From: Alkalispirochaeta sp.
GTDB lineage: Bacteria > Spirochaetota > Spirochaetia > DSM-27196 > Alkalispirochaetaceae
Direction: 5' to 3'
DNA length: 64,000 nt
Assembly: GCA_965242725.1 (NCBI GenBank)
Contig: CBDESZ010000031.1
Span: 32,001-96,000, forward strand
Part shown: positions 48,742-59,209 of the stretch, piece by piece
How the letters are laid out: each line of letters begins with the position of its first letter
Position numbering within the stretch: position 1 is the first letter of the stretch
Notes under the pieces: model-generated
Seen by the model: the letters and a program-made list of their open reading frames with translations, nothing else
The model's database searches: none
Told to the model about the DNA's origin: nothing
Position numbers and translations under genes: made by a program

Positions 48742-49594
48742 ATGTCTGAACTGAAAATTGGGGTCAATCGGATGGTTGCTCCGACTCTCGACCTGAAAGG
48801 TTTTTTGGATCTCGCCGCTGCCGTAAATGCAGTGGGAGTGGAATTACGAAACGATCTGTCCGGATTTGACGTCATCGACGACGTCGACCCTGCAAAGGTC
48901 AGGGATTTGCTCACCGAAAGAAATCTTTCGGTGTTGACGATCAACGCCGTCCAACATTTTAATCTTCCCTCCGAGTTCGCCGCGGCTAACAGACGAACTC
49001 AAGCGGCTGATCCGCTTCTCCCGTAATCTGGACAATACGGCGATCGTGATGTGCCCCCCATTGTGATGTATCGGATAGCCGTTCGCGTGCGGAAATGGCA
49101 AAAGACACAAAAAAATCTCTGCAACACTATCTTCCGATGCTCGAGGACGCCGGGATGGTCGGTCTGGTTGAGCCTCTCGGGTTTCCCGAAAGCTCCCTTC
49201 GCGATACGGCCCTTGCCGCGGAAATTGTCTCGGAAAATCGGAAGCGACTCATATCGGCTGACCCTCGATACGTTTCACTTCGCCGTAGCCGGAATGGACC
49301 CGCAGATACTTGGGACTGAAGAACTACCGGTAGATCTGATCGGTCTGGTCCATCTCTCCGGTTGTGACAAAGGGAGGACCGGTTAGCGAGTTCCGCGATC
49401 CCGACCGTGTATATGTAGACGCCGGGGACCGGGTGGGGAATGTTGACACCTTGCATCGGATACTGGGGGCAGGTTTTCCCGGCGTGGCATCGTTTGAACC
49501 CTTTTCTCCTAGTGTACACGAGCTGGATAAAAATACGATGGAACAGCGAATCGTTGAAAGCAAGAAATATATATTAAATAAAATAATTAATTAG
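48742..49594 (+). pseudogene. Xylose-isomerase-like TIM barrel (inosose isomerase-like) with multiple frameshifts
   Basis: GVELRNDL, LTINA, EPLGFPESSLR, LDTFHF, VHLSG, DRV and SFEPF are spread over several frames. Confidence 0.75.
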
Positions 49595-49765
49595 ATTATT
49601 AAATTTTTGTTGGTCAATGTGACCGAAAAAACCGGTTGAAAATTATCGAATGAGTGATTTTCATTTTATCAGACAATCTGTTCTTGACAAATCGGAAAAG
49701 CCGTTCTTTTATGGATATGTGGCGTGCAGGCCACATAATCCAAACAATCCCAAAGGAGGGGTTAT

Positions 49766-50733
49766 ATGAAACGATTTGTTGTTTCTGTTCTTGTAGTGAC
49801 GATGGTACTTGTCGCAAGTTCGGCGCTGTGGGGCCGGCGGTCAGGGTGAAGCAGAAGGTGAACGACAGTTGCATATCGGTGTTGCTGACGGCGAACTTTG
49901 ACGATAAGTGGATGTCCTACATGCACGAAGGTTTTGAAGAAGCTGCAGCGGAGCTTGGTGTACGAATCACGATGGTAGACGGTAAAAACGATGCAGCGGT
50001 TCAACAGGGACAGGTCGATACCTTCATAACCCAGGGTGTTGATGCGATTGTAATCGTACCTGTAGATGCCGGCACGATCGGTCCGATCATCAATGAAGCC
50101 GAATCCGCGGGCATCCCGATTGTTTCAGTCAACCGGAAACCCGGACCTGGCGACATTGAACGACTGGCAACCTACGTTGGTTCGGACGAAGTGTACGCGG
50201 GGACCGTTCAGATGGAAGCCGTCGCCGAACTGCTCGGTGGTGAAGGAAACGTCGTGATCATGAACGGTGAGATCGGTCACTCCGGTATGATCGGACGTAC
50301 CCAGGGTAACAAGGATGTCCTTGCCCAGAATCCCGGAATGCAGCTCGTTGCCGAAGACACGGCGCAATGGCAGCGTTCTCTCGGCCTTACTCTCATGGAA
50401 AACTGGATTCAAACCGGAATGGAGATTGACGCGGTTGTTGCGAACAACGATGAAATGGCGATCGGCGCGATCCTTGCTCTTGAGCAGGTTGGAATGCTTG
50501 ATGAAGTAGTCGTTGCTGGTGTAGACGCCACCCCGGATGCTCTCATGATGATGAAAGAAGGCAAGTTGAACGTGTCGGTGTTCCAGAACGCATACGGCCA
50601 GGGGTACGCCGGTATTGAATCGGCCGTTAAGGCGGCGCAGGGAGAAGATCTTCCTGAAATGGTATCCGTCCCCTTCGAACCTGTACTCCCGAAGGACGTA
50701 GATAAATACCTGGCTCTTTGGGGTGTTGAATAA
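49766..50733 (+). CDS. Inositol/monosaccharide ABC substrate-binding protein (one +1 frameshift near 49887)
   Basis: AAGGAGG SD and signal peptide MKRFVVSVLVV...AGGQGE in one frame; NFDDKW...ANNDEMAIGA...VAGVDA in the next. Confidence 0.85.
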
Positions 50734-50760
50734 CCCGTACTTGATCGTATCGGGCGTAGT

Positions 50761-50794
50761 AAAATCGGCGCCGTTAAAGGCGCCGATTTTCTTT
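50761..50794 (+). terminator. Stem-loop after the SBP gene
   Basis: AAAATCGGCGCC-gttaaa-GGCGCCGATTTT. Confidence 0.7.
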
Positions 50795-50814
50795 TGGCCT
50801 AAGGAGAGAATGGA

Positions 50815-52320
50815 ATGGCGGAAGAATACCTCCTTGAAATGGAGCATATCACAAAGGGTTTTCCCGGAGTGTTGGCCCTCGATGATGTGTTTCTCAAGGT
50901 ACGACCGGCTACCGTCCATGCCCTGATGGGAGAAAACGGAGCGGGAAAATCGACCTTGATGAAGGTGCTTCTCGGGATCTACACGCCGAACGACGGTGTG
51001 ATTCGGTTCGACGGGACGGAACACCTTCAAATGGATGTTAGAAGCAGTCTGAATCACGGGATATCGATGATCCATCAAGAACTAACACCGATACCCCATA
51101 TGACGGTAGCCGAGAATATATGGCTCGGGCGTGAACCCACCAGAGGGAAGACCGGTTGGGTTGACGGGAAGAGGCTCATTCAACAGACCCAGGAACTCTT
51201 TGATACCCTGGATATCAAAATTGATCCATCGAAAAAAATGAAAGATCTCAGTATTGCGAGTATGCAGATGGTAGAGATTGCCAATGCGATTTCCTACAAC
51301 TCGAAGCTGATCATTATGGATGAGCCGACATCTGCAATTACCGAAAAAGAAGTCGCCCACCTGTTTCGCATGATCAATAACCTGCGAAAGAAGGGTGTTG
51401 CCGTCATTTACATCACCCACAAGATGGACGAAGTATTTCAGATCTCCGATGAGGTTACAGTTCTTCGTGATGGTCGTTACGTTGGAACAAAAGCGGCGAC
51501 GGATATCACCAAGCACGAGTTGATCTCAATGATGGTTGGTCGAGAGCTCACGAATTTCTTTCCGAAAGAGGATGCGGATATTACGGACGTGAAACTCGAG
51601 GTCAGAAATATCTCTCTTGAAGGCAAATTTCGAAACGTCTCCTTTAAAGTCCGTAAGGGAGAAATCTTCGGGATCGCGGGTCTGATGGGTTCGGGACGAA
51701 CAGAAATAATAGAGAGCATCTTCGGCGTTTACCCTCCCGATTCCGGGGAAATTTTTGTAGATGGCGAGCCGGTGAGTGTCGGCCAACCAATAGATGCAAT
51801 ACGGGCCGGGATGGGCCTCCTCACTGAGGACCGGAAGCAATCCGGTCTCTTTCTCCCGCTTTCGGTCCAGGACAATATGGTTTATTCCAATATTGACAAA
51901 TATGTCGGGAAAGTTGGCCTCGACTTTCGATCAATGACTCAGGATTGTGAGCGGCAACGTGCAGCTCTCAATGTGAAGACCCCGAGTTTGCATCAGTTGG
52001 TGGTGAACTTGAGCGGCGGAAATCAGCAGAAAGTATTGATTGCCCGTTGGCTCCTGACTGAACCGGATATTCTCATTCTTGATGAGCCTACTCGAGGAAT
52101 CGACGTTGGCGCCAAATCAGAGATTCATAAACTAATGACAAAACTCGCCCAGTCGGGTAAGGCGATCATCATGGTCTCTTCTGAAATGCCGGAAGTCCTG
52201 GGTATGAGCGATCGTATCATGGTGATGCACGAGGGTGAAAAAGCGGGAGAGTTGACCCGCGAACAGGCAACGCAGGAACGGGTGTTGCAACTTGCCTCGG
52301 GTGAGGCACTGACGATTTGA
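50815..52320 (+). CDS. Sugar ABC transporter ATP-binding protein (RbsA/MglA type)
   Basis: [35 protein letters not shown]. Confidence 0.95.
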   Translation: MAEEYLLEMEHITKGFPGVLALDDVFLKVRPATVHALMGENGAGKSTLMKVLLGIYTPNDGVIRFDGTEHLQMDVRSSLNHGISMIHQELTPIPHMTVAENIWLGREPTRGKTGWVDGKRLIQQTQELFDTLDIKIDPSKKMKDLSIASMQMVEIANAISYNSKLIIMDEPTSAITEKEVAHLFRMINNLRKKGVAVIYITHKMDEVFQISDEVTVLRDGRYVGTKAATDITKHELISMMVGRELTNFFPKEDADITDVKLEVRNISLEGKFRNVSFKVRKGEIFGIAGLMGSGRTEIIESIFGVYPPDSGEIFVDGEPVSVGQPIDAIRAGMGLLTEDRKQSGLFLPLSVQDNMVYSNIDKYVGKVGLDFRSMTQDCERQRAALNVKTPSLHQLVVNLSGGNQQKVLIARWLLTEPDILILDEPTRGIDVGAKSEIHKLMTKLAQSGKAIIMVSSEMPEVLGMSDRIMVMHEGEKAGELTREQATQERVLQLASGEALTI

Positions 52321-52336
52321 GTAACGGAGGAATACA

Positions 52337-53351
52337 ATGAGTGCAGACAGTGCAACCCCCGAAAAGAAGGGTGGTTTTGATTTCAAGGCGTTTGTGAACA
52401 GATACGGGATATTACTCGTTTTTATCGGTATCTGTATTCTGCTCGCAATTCTGACGATCGATAATGGCGTGTCGATCTTTTTGAAATTCCGAAACATCGT
52501 TAACGTACTTCGGCAGTCCGCTGTAATCGGCCATAATCGCTCTGGGTGTTACGTTTGTCATTATCACCGGAGGAATCGACCTTTCTTCAGGCTCCCTGGT
52601 AGCGATGATCGGAGTTATTTCCGCGATGGTCGCGCGGGATGCTTACGCATTACCGGTCTTCTTGCCTGTCATCGTTGCTTTGGTGCTCGGGGTGATTGCC
52701 GGAGGTATCAATGGTACGCTTCACGCAAAATTCAAGATTCCACCATTTATTGCAACTCTTGGCATGATGACCAGTGCTCGGGGCGTGGGTTATCTCGTGA
52801 CCAATGGGCGTCCGGTAGATAATCTTTCCGAATCATTTCAGTGGATCGGACAAGGCTCGATCCTGAATTTGAGTCAGAATTTCTTTATTCCGATCCCGGT
52901 ACTTATCTTTATTGCTCTCGCATTTGTTTCTCATTTCTTGCTTTCCAGTACACGTTTCGGAAAGTACACGTACGCCTTGGGCGGTAACGAACAAGCCGCA
53001 TACATCTGCGGTGTCAATGTTGATCGGCAAAAAATTCTTGTCTATGCATATGCCGGCCTTTTGACGAGTGTTGCTGCAGTCGTTCTGACAGCTCGAGTCA
53101 GTTCCGGCCAACCCAGTACCGGTATTATGTATGAGCTCGATGCGATTGCATCTGCAGTCATCGGCGGCACCAGCCTGCAAGGTGGCATCGGGACTATCGG
53201 TGGCACAGTCGTCGGTACGCTCATCATCGCGGTAATGAATAACGGTCTTCAGTTGATGGGTGTATCTTCATACTGGCAGCAGATTATGAAAGGTGTGATC
53301 ATAGTGGTGGCAGTGATCATCGACACAATGCGCAACCGAGGTAAGAAATAA
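52337..53351 (+). CDS. Sugar ABC permease (RbsC type; +1 frameshift near 52531)
   Basis: [29 protein letters not shown]; removing one C from ATCGGCCATA restores the frame. Confidence 0.85.
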
Positions 53352-53491
53352 GGTGAACGATTCCGGTGTTCGCCTGCGTTGTGACCGGCCGGCAGCGGCC
53401 GGGTATTAATGTCTGAATGTCGGTTTAACGGATCTTACAGGGTAGTATGCGAGAGTCGGAGAAGGTGGCATAATACCTTGTTGGGGGAAAT

Positions 53492-54247
53492 GTGCAAAAA
53501 GAAGCTGAAAGCGACTTGCTTACACAGAAACCGATCTCAAAGAATACCATCGTCACGCAAGTGATGGCCCGGATAAAGGAATTGATTGCGTCAGGGAAAT
53601 ACCGGCCGGGTGATCGACTTCCTACGGAGCAGGAGTTGGCCACACTTTTCGGAGTCGGCCGCTCCTCTATCCGGGAAGCGATAAAGGTATTTCAACACCT
53701 CGGCGTCGTTGACTCAAAAGCCGCCAAGGGGACCTTTGTACAGGACCGGGCCAATATCTCACTCGAGGCGATCACCTGGGCACTGCTTCTGGGAAATGAT
53801 GATATCCGTGACGTCTACGAACTCAGGGAAGCGATAGAATCAATCTCGTTCCGGCGTGTGGCGGGACGGCTGCAGCGCCACGAGGAATCGGGCCAGAAAA
53901 CGCTGGATCGATTACGGGACGTCGTCCGGGAGATGTATGACGCTGCGGAAAACGATGATTGGGACGGAATGGCTGAAGCGGATTATCACTTTCACCAGGC
54001 GATAATTGAAGGAGGTGAGAACCACCTTTTTTACGATGTCTATCATACCCTTCAGGCATTTATGAAGAACGCGATCCGACAGACGTATCAGCATATGGAA
54101 ACTATGAAAGTCGTCGCAGACGATCATGCGGATATTGTTCGGGTTCTGGAAACAAAATCCGTTGAAGAAGCGGTAACCAGACATTGGCAGCATTTCAGGC
54201 GTACCAGAAGACTCATTGGCTTACCAAAGACACAGAATGATGAATGA
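53492..54247 (+). CDS. FadR/GntR family regulator
   Basis: PGDRLPTEQEL..LFGVGRSSIREA; FCD-like D..FH. Confidence 0.92.
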   Translation: MQKEAESDLLTQKPISKNTIVTQVMARIKELIASGKYRPGDRLPTEQELATLFGVGRSSIREAIKVFQHLGVVDSKAAKGTFVQDRANISLEAITWALLLGNDDIRDVYELREAIESISFRRVAGRLQRHEESGQKTLDRLRDVVREMYDAAENDDWDGMAEADYHFHQAIIEGGENHLFYDVYHTLQAFMKNAIRQTYQHMETMKVVADDHADIVRVLETKSVEEAVTRHWQHFRRTRRLIGLPKTQNDE

Positions 54248-54248
54248 C

Positions 54249-55067
54249 ATGCAGCATACACAGACACATGCCGTGATCACCGGGGGCACACACGGACTTG
54301 GTTTTGCCGTGGCAAAGCGCCTCATACGGGACGGTGCGCAAGCGGTTGCAATTTGCGGGCGTGATGAAAAACAGGGCGAGGCGGCGATAGGAGAACTGCG
54401 TGAGTACGCAAGAGCCGTTTCCGGGGATGTGGAATGCAATCATGGATTGCCCGAACTCCTGTACGTCCCGACAGATCTGGCCGATCCTGACCAGGCAACC
54501 GGTTTTGTAAAAACAGCAATCGCTCAATTCGGTACGGTAAACGCTTTGCTGAACAACGCGGGATATCCCGGCAGGGGCGGGCTCCTGGATACGGACAAGG
54601 ATATGTGGGACCGTCATATGGCGATCAATCTGCGTGCTCCCTTTTTGACGATGCAGGAGTTTGTCCGGCACGTGAAGGAAATCGGCAGTCCCGGAACGAT
54701 CGTTAACGTATTAAGTATGGTGGTCCACTGCGGCCAGTCGTATCTCACGCCGTATTCCACCGCAAAAGGCGGACTGGCGACGCTCACAAAAAACGTAGCC
54801 AACGCGTTCGTGAAGGACCGGATCCGCTGCAACGGAGTACTCACCGGTTGGATGGAGACCGCCGGGGAGGCTGAAATCCAGAGGGAGTACCACGGCGCCG
54901 GAGCCGACTGGGCGGAGGAGGCGGGAAAGCGGTTGCCCCTGGGACAGCTTGTCCAGCCTGAGCAGCTCGCCGGATTGATTTCCTATATGTTGAGTCCGGA
55001 GTCGGGGGTCATGACGGGCTCACTGGTGGACTATGACCAGGTCGTGGCGGGGGCATACCCGGAATGA
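54249..55067 (+). CDS. SDR family oxidoreductase
   Basis: TGGTHGLG, NNAG, YSTAK. Confidence 0.88.
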   Translation: MQHTQTHAVITGGTHGLGFAVAKRLIRDGAQAVAICGRDEKQGEAAIGELREYARAVSGDVECNHGLPELLYVPTDLADPDQATGFVKTAIAQFGTVNALLNNAGYPGRGGLLDTDKDMWDRHMAINLRAPFLTMQEFVRHVKEIGSPGTIVNVLSMVVHCGQSYLTPYSTAKGGLATLTKNVANAFVKDRIRCNGVLTGWMETAGEAEIQREYHGAGADWAEEAGKRLPLGQLVQPEQLAGLISYMLSPESGVMTGSLVDYDQVVAGAYPE

Positions 55068-55888
55068 TCCTCACATTGCACGGACAGGTGACACTTCACG
55101 GCAATATCCTCTCCGACGTAAGGATCGCCCGTGATGCGGGGTACGGCGCCCTGGAAGTGCACACCGACAAGTTGATGCGCTATCTCGACGCGGGGGGAAC
55201 GGCGGCGGAGCTGAAGTCCGCTCTCGATGCCTTCGGGATCGAGGCCGCGGCGATCGATATAATAGGCGGAATTGAGGTGACCGGCCGGTCCGAGCGGGCG
55301 GAGTTATTCACCCGGACCGAACGGCTCTGTGAAGTAGCCCGCGTGATCGGCGCTCCGACGATACAGGTCAACCCCTTTTCCGCCCTGGACGGCCTGCCCC
55401 TGGACGAGGTGATACGACTTACCGCCCTCAACTTGAAGGAGATCGCCTCGATCGGATCCGCAAAAAGGATTCGTTTTCAAATTGAGGGCGCCGCGTGGAC
55501 CCCGATTCATACACTTGACGATTGTCTCCGATTGATCGATACAACAGGACGGGACAACGTCGGACTGGTAATAGACTACTGGCATTTCTGGGCGAGCCGT
55601 GGCGCGAAACCTGCGGATATCGTCCACCTTGATCCGTCCCTGATTTACGGCGTACACCTCTGCGACGGATTTCGACCGGGACCCGGTGAATCGTGGGTCG
55701 ATGAACGGGAGTTACGGGGTGTCCTGCCCGGTGATGGTGAGCTGCCCGTTCAGGAATGGACGGATGCTGTCAAGGCGACAGGATTTCACGGATACATCTC
55801 CGGTGAGTTTCTAAACTGGCGTCTATGGGAGCATGATCATCTGGAAGTCGCTACGGAAATGCGTCGTCGCATCGAGAACTATCTATAG
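55064..55888 (+). CDS. Sugar phosphate isomerase/epimerase TIM barrel (IolI-like)
   Basis: AGY.ALE, IDYWHF, VHLCD, PGDGELP, GYISGE. Confidence 0.75.
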   Translation: MILTLHGQVTLHGNILSDVRIARDAGYGALEVHTDKLMRYLDAGGTAAELKSALDAFGIEAAAIDIIGGIEVTGRSERAELFTRTERLCEVARVIGAPTIQVNPFSALDGLPLDEVIRLTALNLKEIASIGSAKRIRFQIEGAAWTPIHTLDDCLRLIDTTGRDNVGLVIDYWHFWASRGAKPADIVHLDPSLIYGVHLCDGFRPGPGESWVDERELRGVLPGDGELPVQEWTDAVKATGFHGYISGEFLNWRLWEHDHLEVATEMRRRIENYL

Positions 55889-55902
55889 CGCGTGGTCTGC
55901 AA

Positions 55903-56874
55903 TTGGACCGATATTTCCCTTTCCGCTCCAATGACGAAACCCCGATTACCGTTGAGCGGGTTATCCGTGGCGGTTCGGTGGAGCTCCACAAACATCTCTT
56001 CTATGAGTTCGTTTTGGTCAGTCGTGGATCCTGTGTTCACACGTATGACGGGAGTGACGTTGTCCTCCTGCCTGGAGACGTGTTTCTTCTTCCGCCCCAG
56101 GAAAGTCACGCATTCCGCGTCGACGGTGATATGTCCATATATAACTTGCAGTTTTTTCCCCACCGGATTGGCGCGCGATGGCACGGGCACGTTCGCCAGG
56201 GGGAGGCGCCGGGCGGCGAGAACGATCCATCGAGTATCAATGCTCCGTTGAAAGAGCGGTGGGACGATATTCTGCGGGCGGTCTCACTGGGGCGCAATGT
56301 AAGTACCGCAGGGGGACAACACGGCGAAATACTACGCCGCCACGCCGATCTCAATGCGCAGGGTATCATTCACCTTGATGAAGGATATCGCCGGAAAGTT
56401 GAAGAAATGCTCGAGGAGATTATCACCGAGCAGACGACCCAAAACATCGGTTTTGAGTTTATTAAGCACGCGTATCTTGAGATCATCCTGGTTATGCTGA
56501 TCAGGGTGCAGCGGGAACAGCTCCCCCAGCCCGGGGAAAACCGTACTCGTAAACGAGAAATTGTCGCCAAGGCGCTCAATCGGATTGAAGGCAATCTCAT
56601 GTATCCGCCGGAGATCGAAACGATTGCGGCGGAATCATATGTTACTCCCAACTATTTCAGAACGGTCTTCAAGGAGATTACCGGGCTTACCCCGACAAAC
56701 TACATCAACCGCCTCCGCATCACTCGAGCTCTCGAGCATCTCCGAAATGGCGGTATGTCCGTCGCCGAAGCGGCGGAAGCGGTGGGCATCGCCGACCCGA
56801 ACTACTTTTCCCGCCTTTTCAAGAAAGTTGTTGGGCATTCACCTCGCAGGTCCATCCCCTCTTCTTTCGGGTAG
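55903..56874 (+). CDS. AraC family regulator (cupin plus HTH)
   Basis: HKHLFYE cupin; YFRTVFK..TG..P; G..DPNYFSRLFKK..G.SP. Confidence 0.9.
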   Translation: MDRYFPFRSNDETPITVERVIRGGSVELHKHLFYEFVLVSRGSCVHTYDGSDVVLLPGDVFLLPPQESHAFRVDGDMSIYNLQFFPHRIGARWHGHVRQGEAPGGENDPSSINAPLKERWDDILRAVSLGRNVSTAGGQHGEILRRHADLNAQGIIHLDEGYRRKVEEMLEEIITEQTTQNIGFEFIKHAYLEIILVMLIRVQREQLPQPGENRTRKREIVAKALNRIEGNLMYPPEIETIAAESYVTPNYFRTVFKEITGLTPTNYINRLRITRALEHLRNGGMSVAEAAEAVGIADPNYFSRLFKKVVGHSPRRSIPSSFG

Positions 56875-56947
56875 GGAGATGTAATTCTGTGCGAATTTGC
56901 AAACGTTTCGTCCTAACCGGTTTTGTCAGAATGTCGTACAATAGGGT

Positions 56948-57973
56948 ATGAGCTCGAACGAAGGTCGATTCCAACCGGTTCGTTGGGGGGTGCTGGGAAC
57001 CGCCAATATCGCACGGGCCCGCGTTGTTCCTGGTATGGTCGCGAGTCCCGCTGCAGAGGTGGTTGCAGTGGCATCCCGGAGTTTAGAAAAGGCACAATCA
57101 TTCGCCGACGAGTTCGACGTCGAGAGACGGTACGATACGTACGAGGCGCTCCTCAGCGATTCTGATATCGAAGCGGTGTACATTCCTCTTCCCAACCATA
57201 TGCATGTCGACTACGCCAGGGCCGCCCTTGATGCGGGAAAGCACGTTTTGTGCGAAAAACCGGTAGCTTTGAACGCGGCAGAGGCGCAGCGCCTGGCGGA
57301 CATACCCGAAGGGTTGCTCTTTGGTGAGGCCTTTATGGTCAGACACAACCCGCAGTGGAAGAAAACCCGTGAGCTGCTGCGGTCCGGTGAATACGGCAAG
57401 GCGATGGCGGTGCAGATTATCCTCGGATTTCACCTCGAAGCGCCGGCGGATTTCCGGTTCCGTCCGGAGTATGGCGGCGGCGCCCTCTATGACCTCGGTT
57501 GTTATGCAATCATGAGTTCCCGATACATTTTCGAATCCGAACCGATCCGCGTCTTTGCGTCAATGGACACCGATCCGTCAACCGGTACGGACCGTCTCGT
57601 GACGGCCATCCTCGATTTCGGCGACGGCAGATACTCGACGTTTACATCCTGGTTACACGTTGCGGCGATGCAGCGGGTGCAGATCGTCTGTGAAAGGGGT
57701 TCCATCGACCTTCCCGCTCCGTACGTTCCGACTGAGACGTCGCCGGCGGAACTCTATGCGGACAGCCACAACAGTTTTGATGACATCGATCGCCGACGGA
57801 TCGAGGTATCTCAGGTTGATCAGTATACCCAGGAAATTACCGATTTTTCTCGGGCGATTCGTGGAGAGTTTCGGTACGAGTTTGGACTGGACGACGCGAT
57901 AGCGCAAATGAAAACGATGGATGCGATCTTTACCTCCGCGGGTAGCGGTCAATGGGAGGCGGTAGCTCCATGA
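56948..57973 (+). CDS. Gfo/Idh/MocA oxidoreductase
   Basis: WGVLGTANIA, YIPLPNHMH, CEKP, GGGALYDLGCY. Confidence 0.9.
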   Translation: MSSNEGRFQPVRWGVLGTANIARARVVPGMVASPAAEVVAVASRSLEKAQSFADEFDVERRYDTYEALLSDSDIEAVYIPLPNHMHVDYARAALDAGKHVLCEKPVALNAAEAQRLADIPEGLLFGEAFMVRHNPQWKKTRELLRSGEYGKAMAVQIILGFHLEAPADFRFRPEYGGGALYDLGCYAIMSSRYIFESEPIRVFASMDTDPSTGTDRLVTAILDFGDGRYSTFTSWLHVAAMQRVQIVCERGSIDLPAPYVPTETSPAELYADSHNSFDDIDRRRIEVSQVDQYTQEITDFSRAIRGEFRYEFGLDDAIAQMKTMDAIFTSAGSGQWEAVAP

Positions 57974-59136
57974 AAGAGTACGGCATTGCGGTTCTCGGAG
58001 CGGGTATGATCGCTGCGGCACACGCTGCCGGGTATCATACCTACAGGCATCGCTTTGAAGAACAGGGCGCTAAATTTGCGCTCCGGACGGTGTGCGACAT
58101 TGAATCATCAGCGGCCGGGACACTCGCCCGCCGTTACGGCGTTGAACGGACGGCCGACGACTGGCGCGCGGTGATGGATGATCCCCGGGTGGACATCGTC
58201 AGCGTGGCATTACCGAACTACGAACATGGAAAGGCTACCGCCGCCGCATTGGACGCGGGTAAACATGTTCTGTGTGAGAAACCGCTCGCCCTGTCCGCCG
58301 CTGAGGCGAGAGATATCGTCGAAAAGGGGAATCGCGCGACCGTCGTCGCCGGGTCGGTATTCAATTACCGTCGCATACCGGCGGTTGCGGAGATTCAAAG
58401 AAGAGTTGTCGCAGGCGATATCGGTGATCTGATCCACATGACCGCCGAGTATCACTCGGATTACGCTGCAGACCCGTTGGTACCGTATAGTTGGCGTTAT
58501 GAACGCGCCCGTTCCGGTGGCGGGGCGCTTCACGACCTGGGGGCTCATCCCATCGATACAGTACGATTTATCGCCGGGGAAGTAACGGAAGTCCTCAGTG
58601 CCGCCTCGACGATCACCGTACCGGAACGCTATCTCCCCGCAGGGGCTACCCGGGGACATGATCTCGGCGCTCTGAGCAACGAGAAGCGTATAGTGGACAA
58701 CGACGATATGACAACGGCGATGCTTCGAGTAGAAAATGGTGCAACGGTGCACTTCACCGCGAGTCGCGTCACGGTGGGAATGGGAAACACGATGCACCTA
58801 TGCGCCGTCGGGACAAAAGGGACAATTACGTTCACCACGGCGCGACCGGGCGAGTACACCATTGCTCAAGTCGGCAAAACCTCGCCGTATCCGTTTCGGA
58901 CGGTATTGAACCACCCCGCGTTCCCCCACGTTTCCGAATATGCGCCGGTGCCCCACGATCGCGTTGCCATCGGCTGGGCCGAGAGTTTCGGATACATGAT
59001 CGCGGAGTTCATGGAAGCGATTGCGACCGGCGGCGTATTTACCGGGGGCTCGCTGATCGACGGGCTGCGTGTAGCGGAAATACTCGAGGCGATCCAACGG
59101 GCCGCCGACGGGGGCGGTTCGGTACGGACCGTCTGA
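57970..59136 (+). CDS. Gfo/Idh/MocA oxidoreductase
   Basis: GAGMIA, CEKP, FNYRR, GALHDLGAHPID. Confidence 0.9.
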   Translation: MKEYGIAVLGAGMIAAAHAAGYHTYRHRFEEQGAKFALRTVCDIESSAAGTLARRYGVERTADDWRAVMDDPRVDIVSVALPNYEHGKATAAALDAGKHVLCEKPLALSAAEARDIVEKGNRATVVAGSVFNYRRIPAVAEIQRRVVAGDIGDLIHMTAEYHSDYAADPLVPYSWRYERARSGGGALHDLGAHPIDTVRFIAGEVTEVLSAASTITVPERYLPAGATRGHDLGALSNEKRIVDNDDMTTAMLRVENGATVHFTASRVTVGMGNTMHLCAVGTKGTITFTTARPGEYTIAQVGKTSPYPFRTVLNHPAFPHVSEYAPVPHDRVAIGWAESFGYMIAEFMEAIATGGVFTGGSLIDGLRVAEILEAIQRAADGGGSVRTV

Positions 59137-59209
59137 TGACGACGCGGAAAATCAGTGAACGGACGGCCCCGGTCGGGGCCGGAATACATACAGGAAGAAG
59201 GAGAAGAAC

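Noticed and set aside
49654..49765. ORF-track N-terminus of the SBP (MIFILSDN...)
   Set aside because: Artefact of the frameshift; the true SD and signal peptide start at 49766
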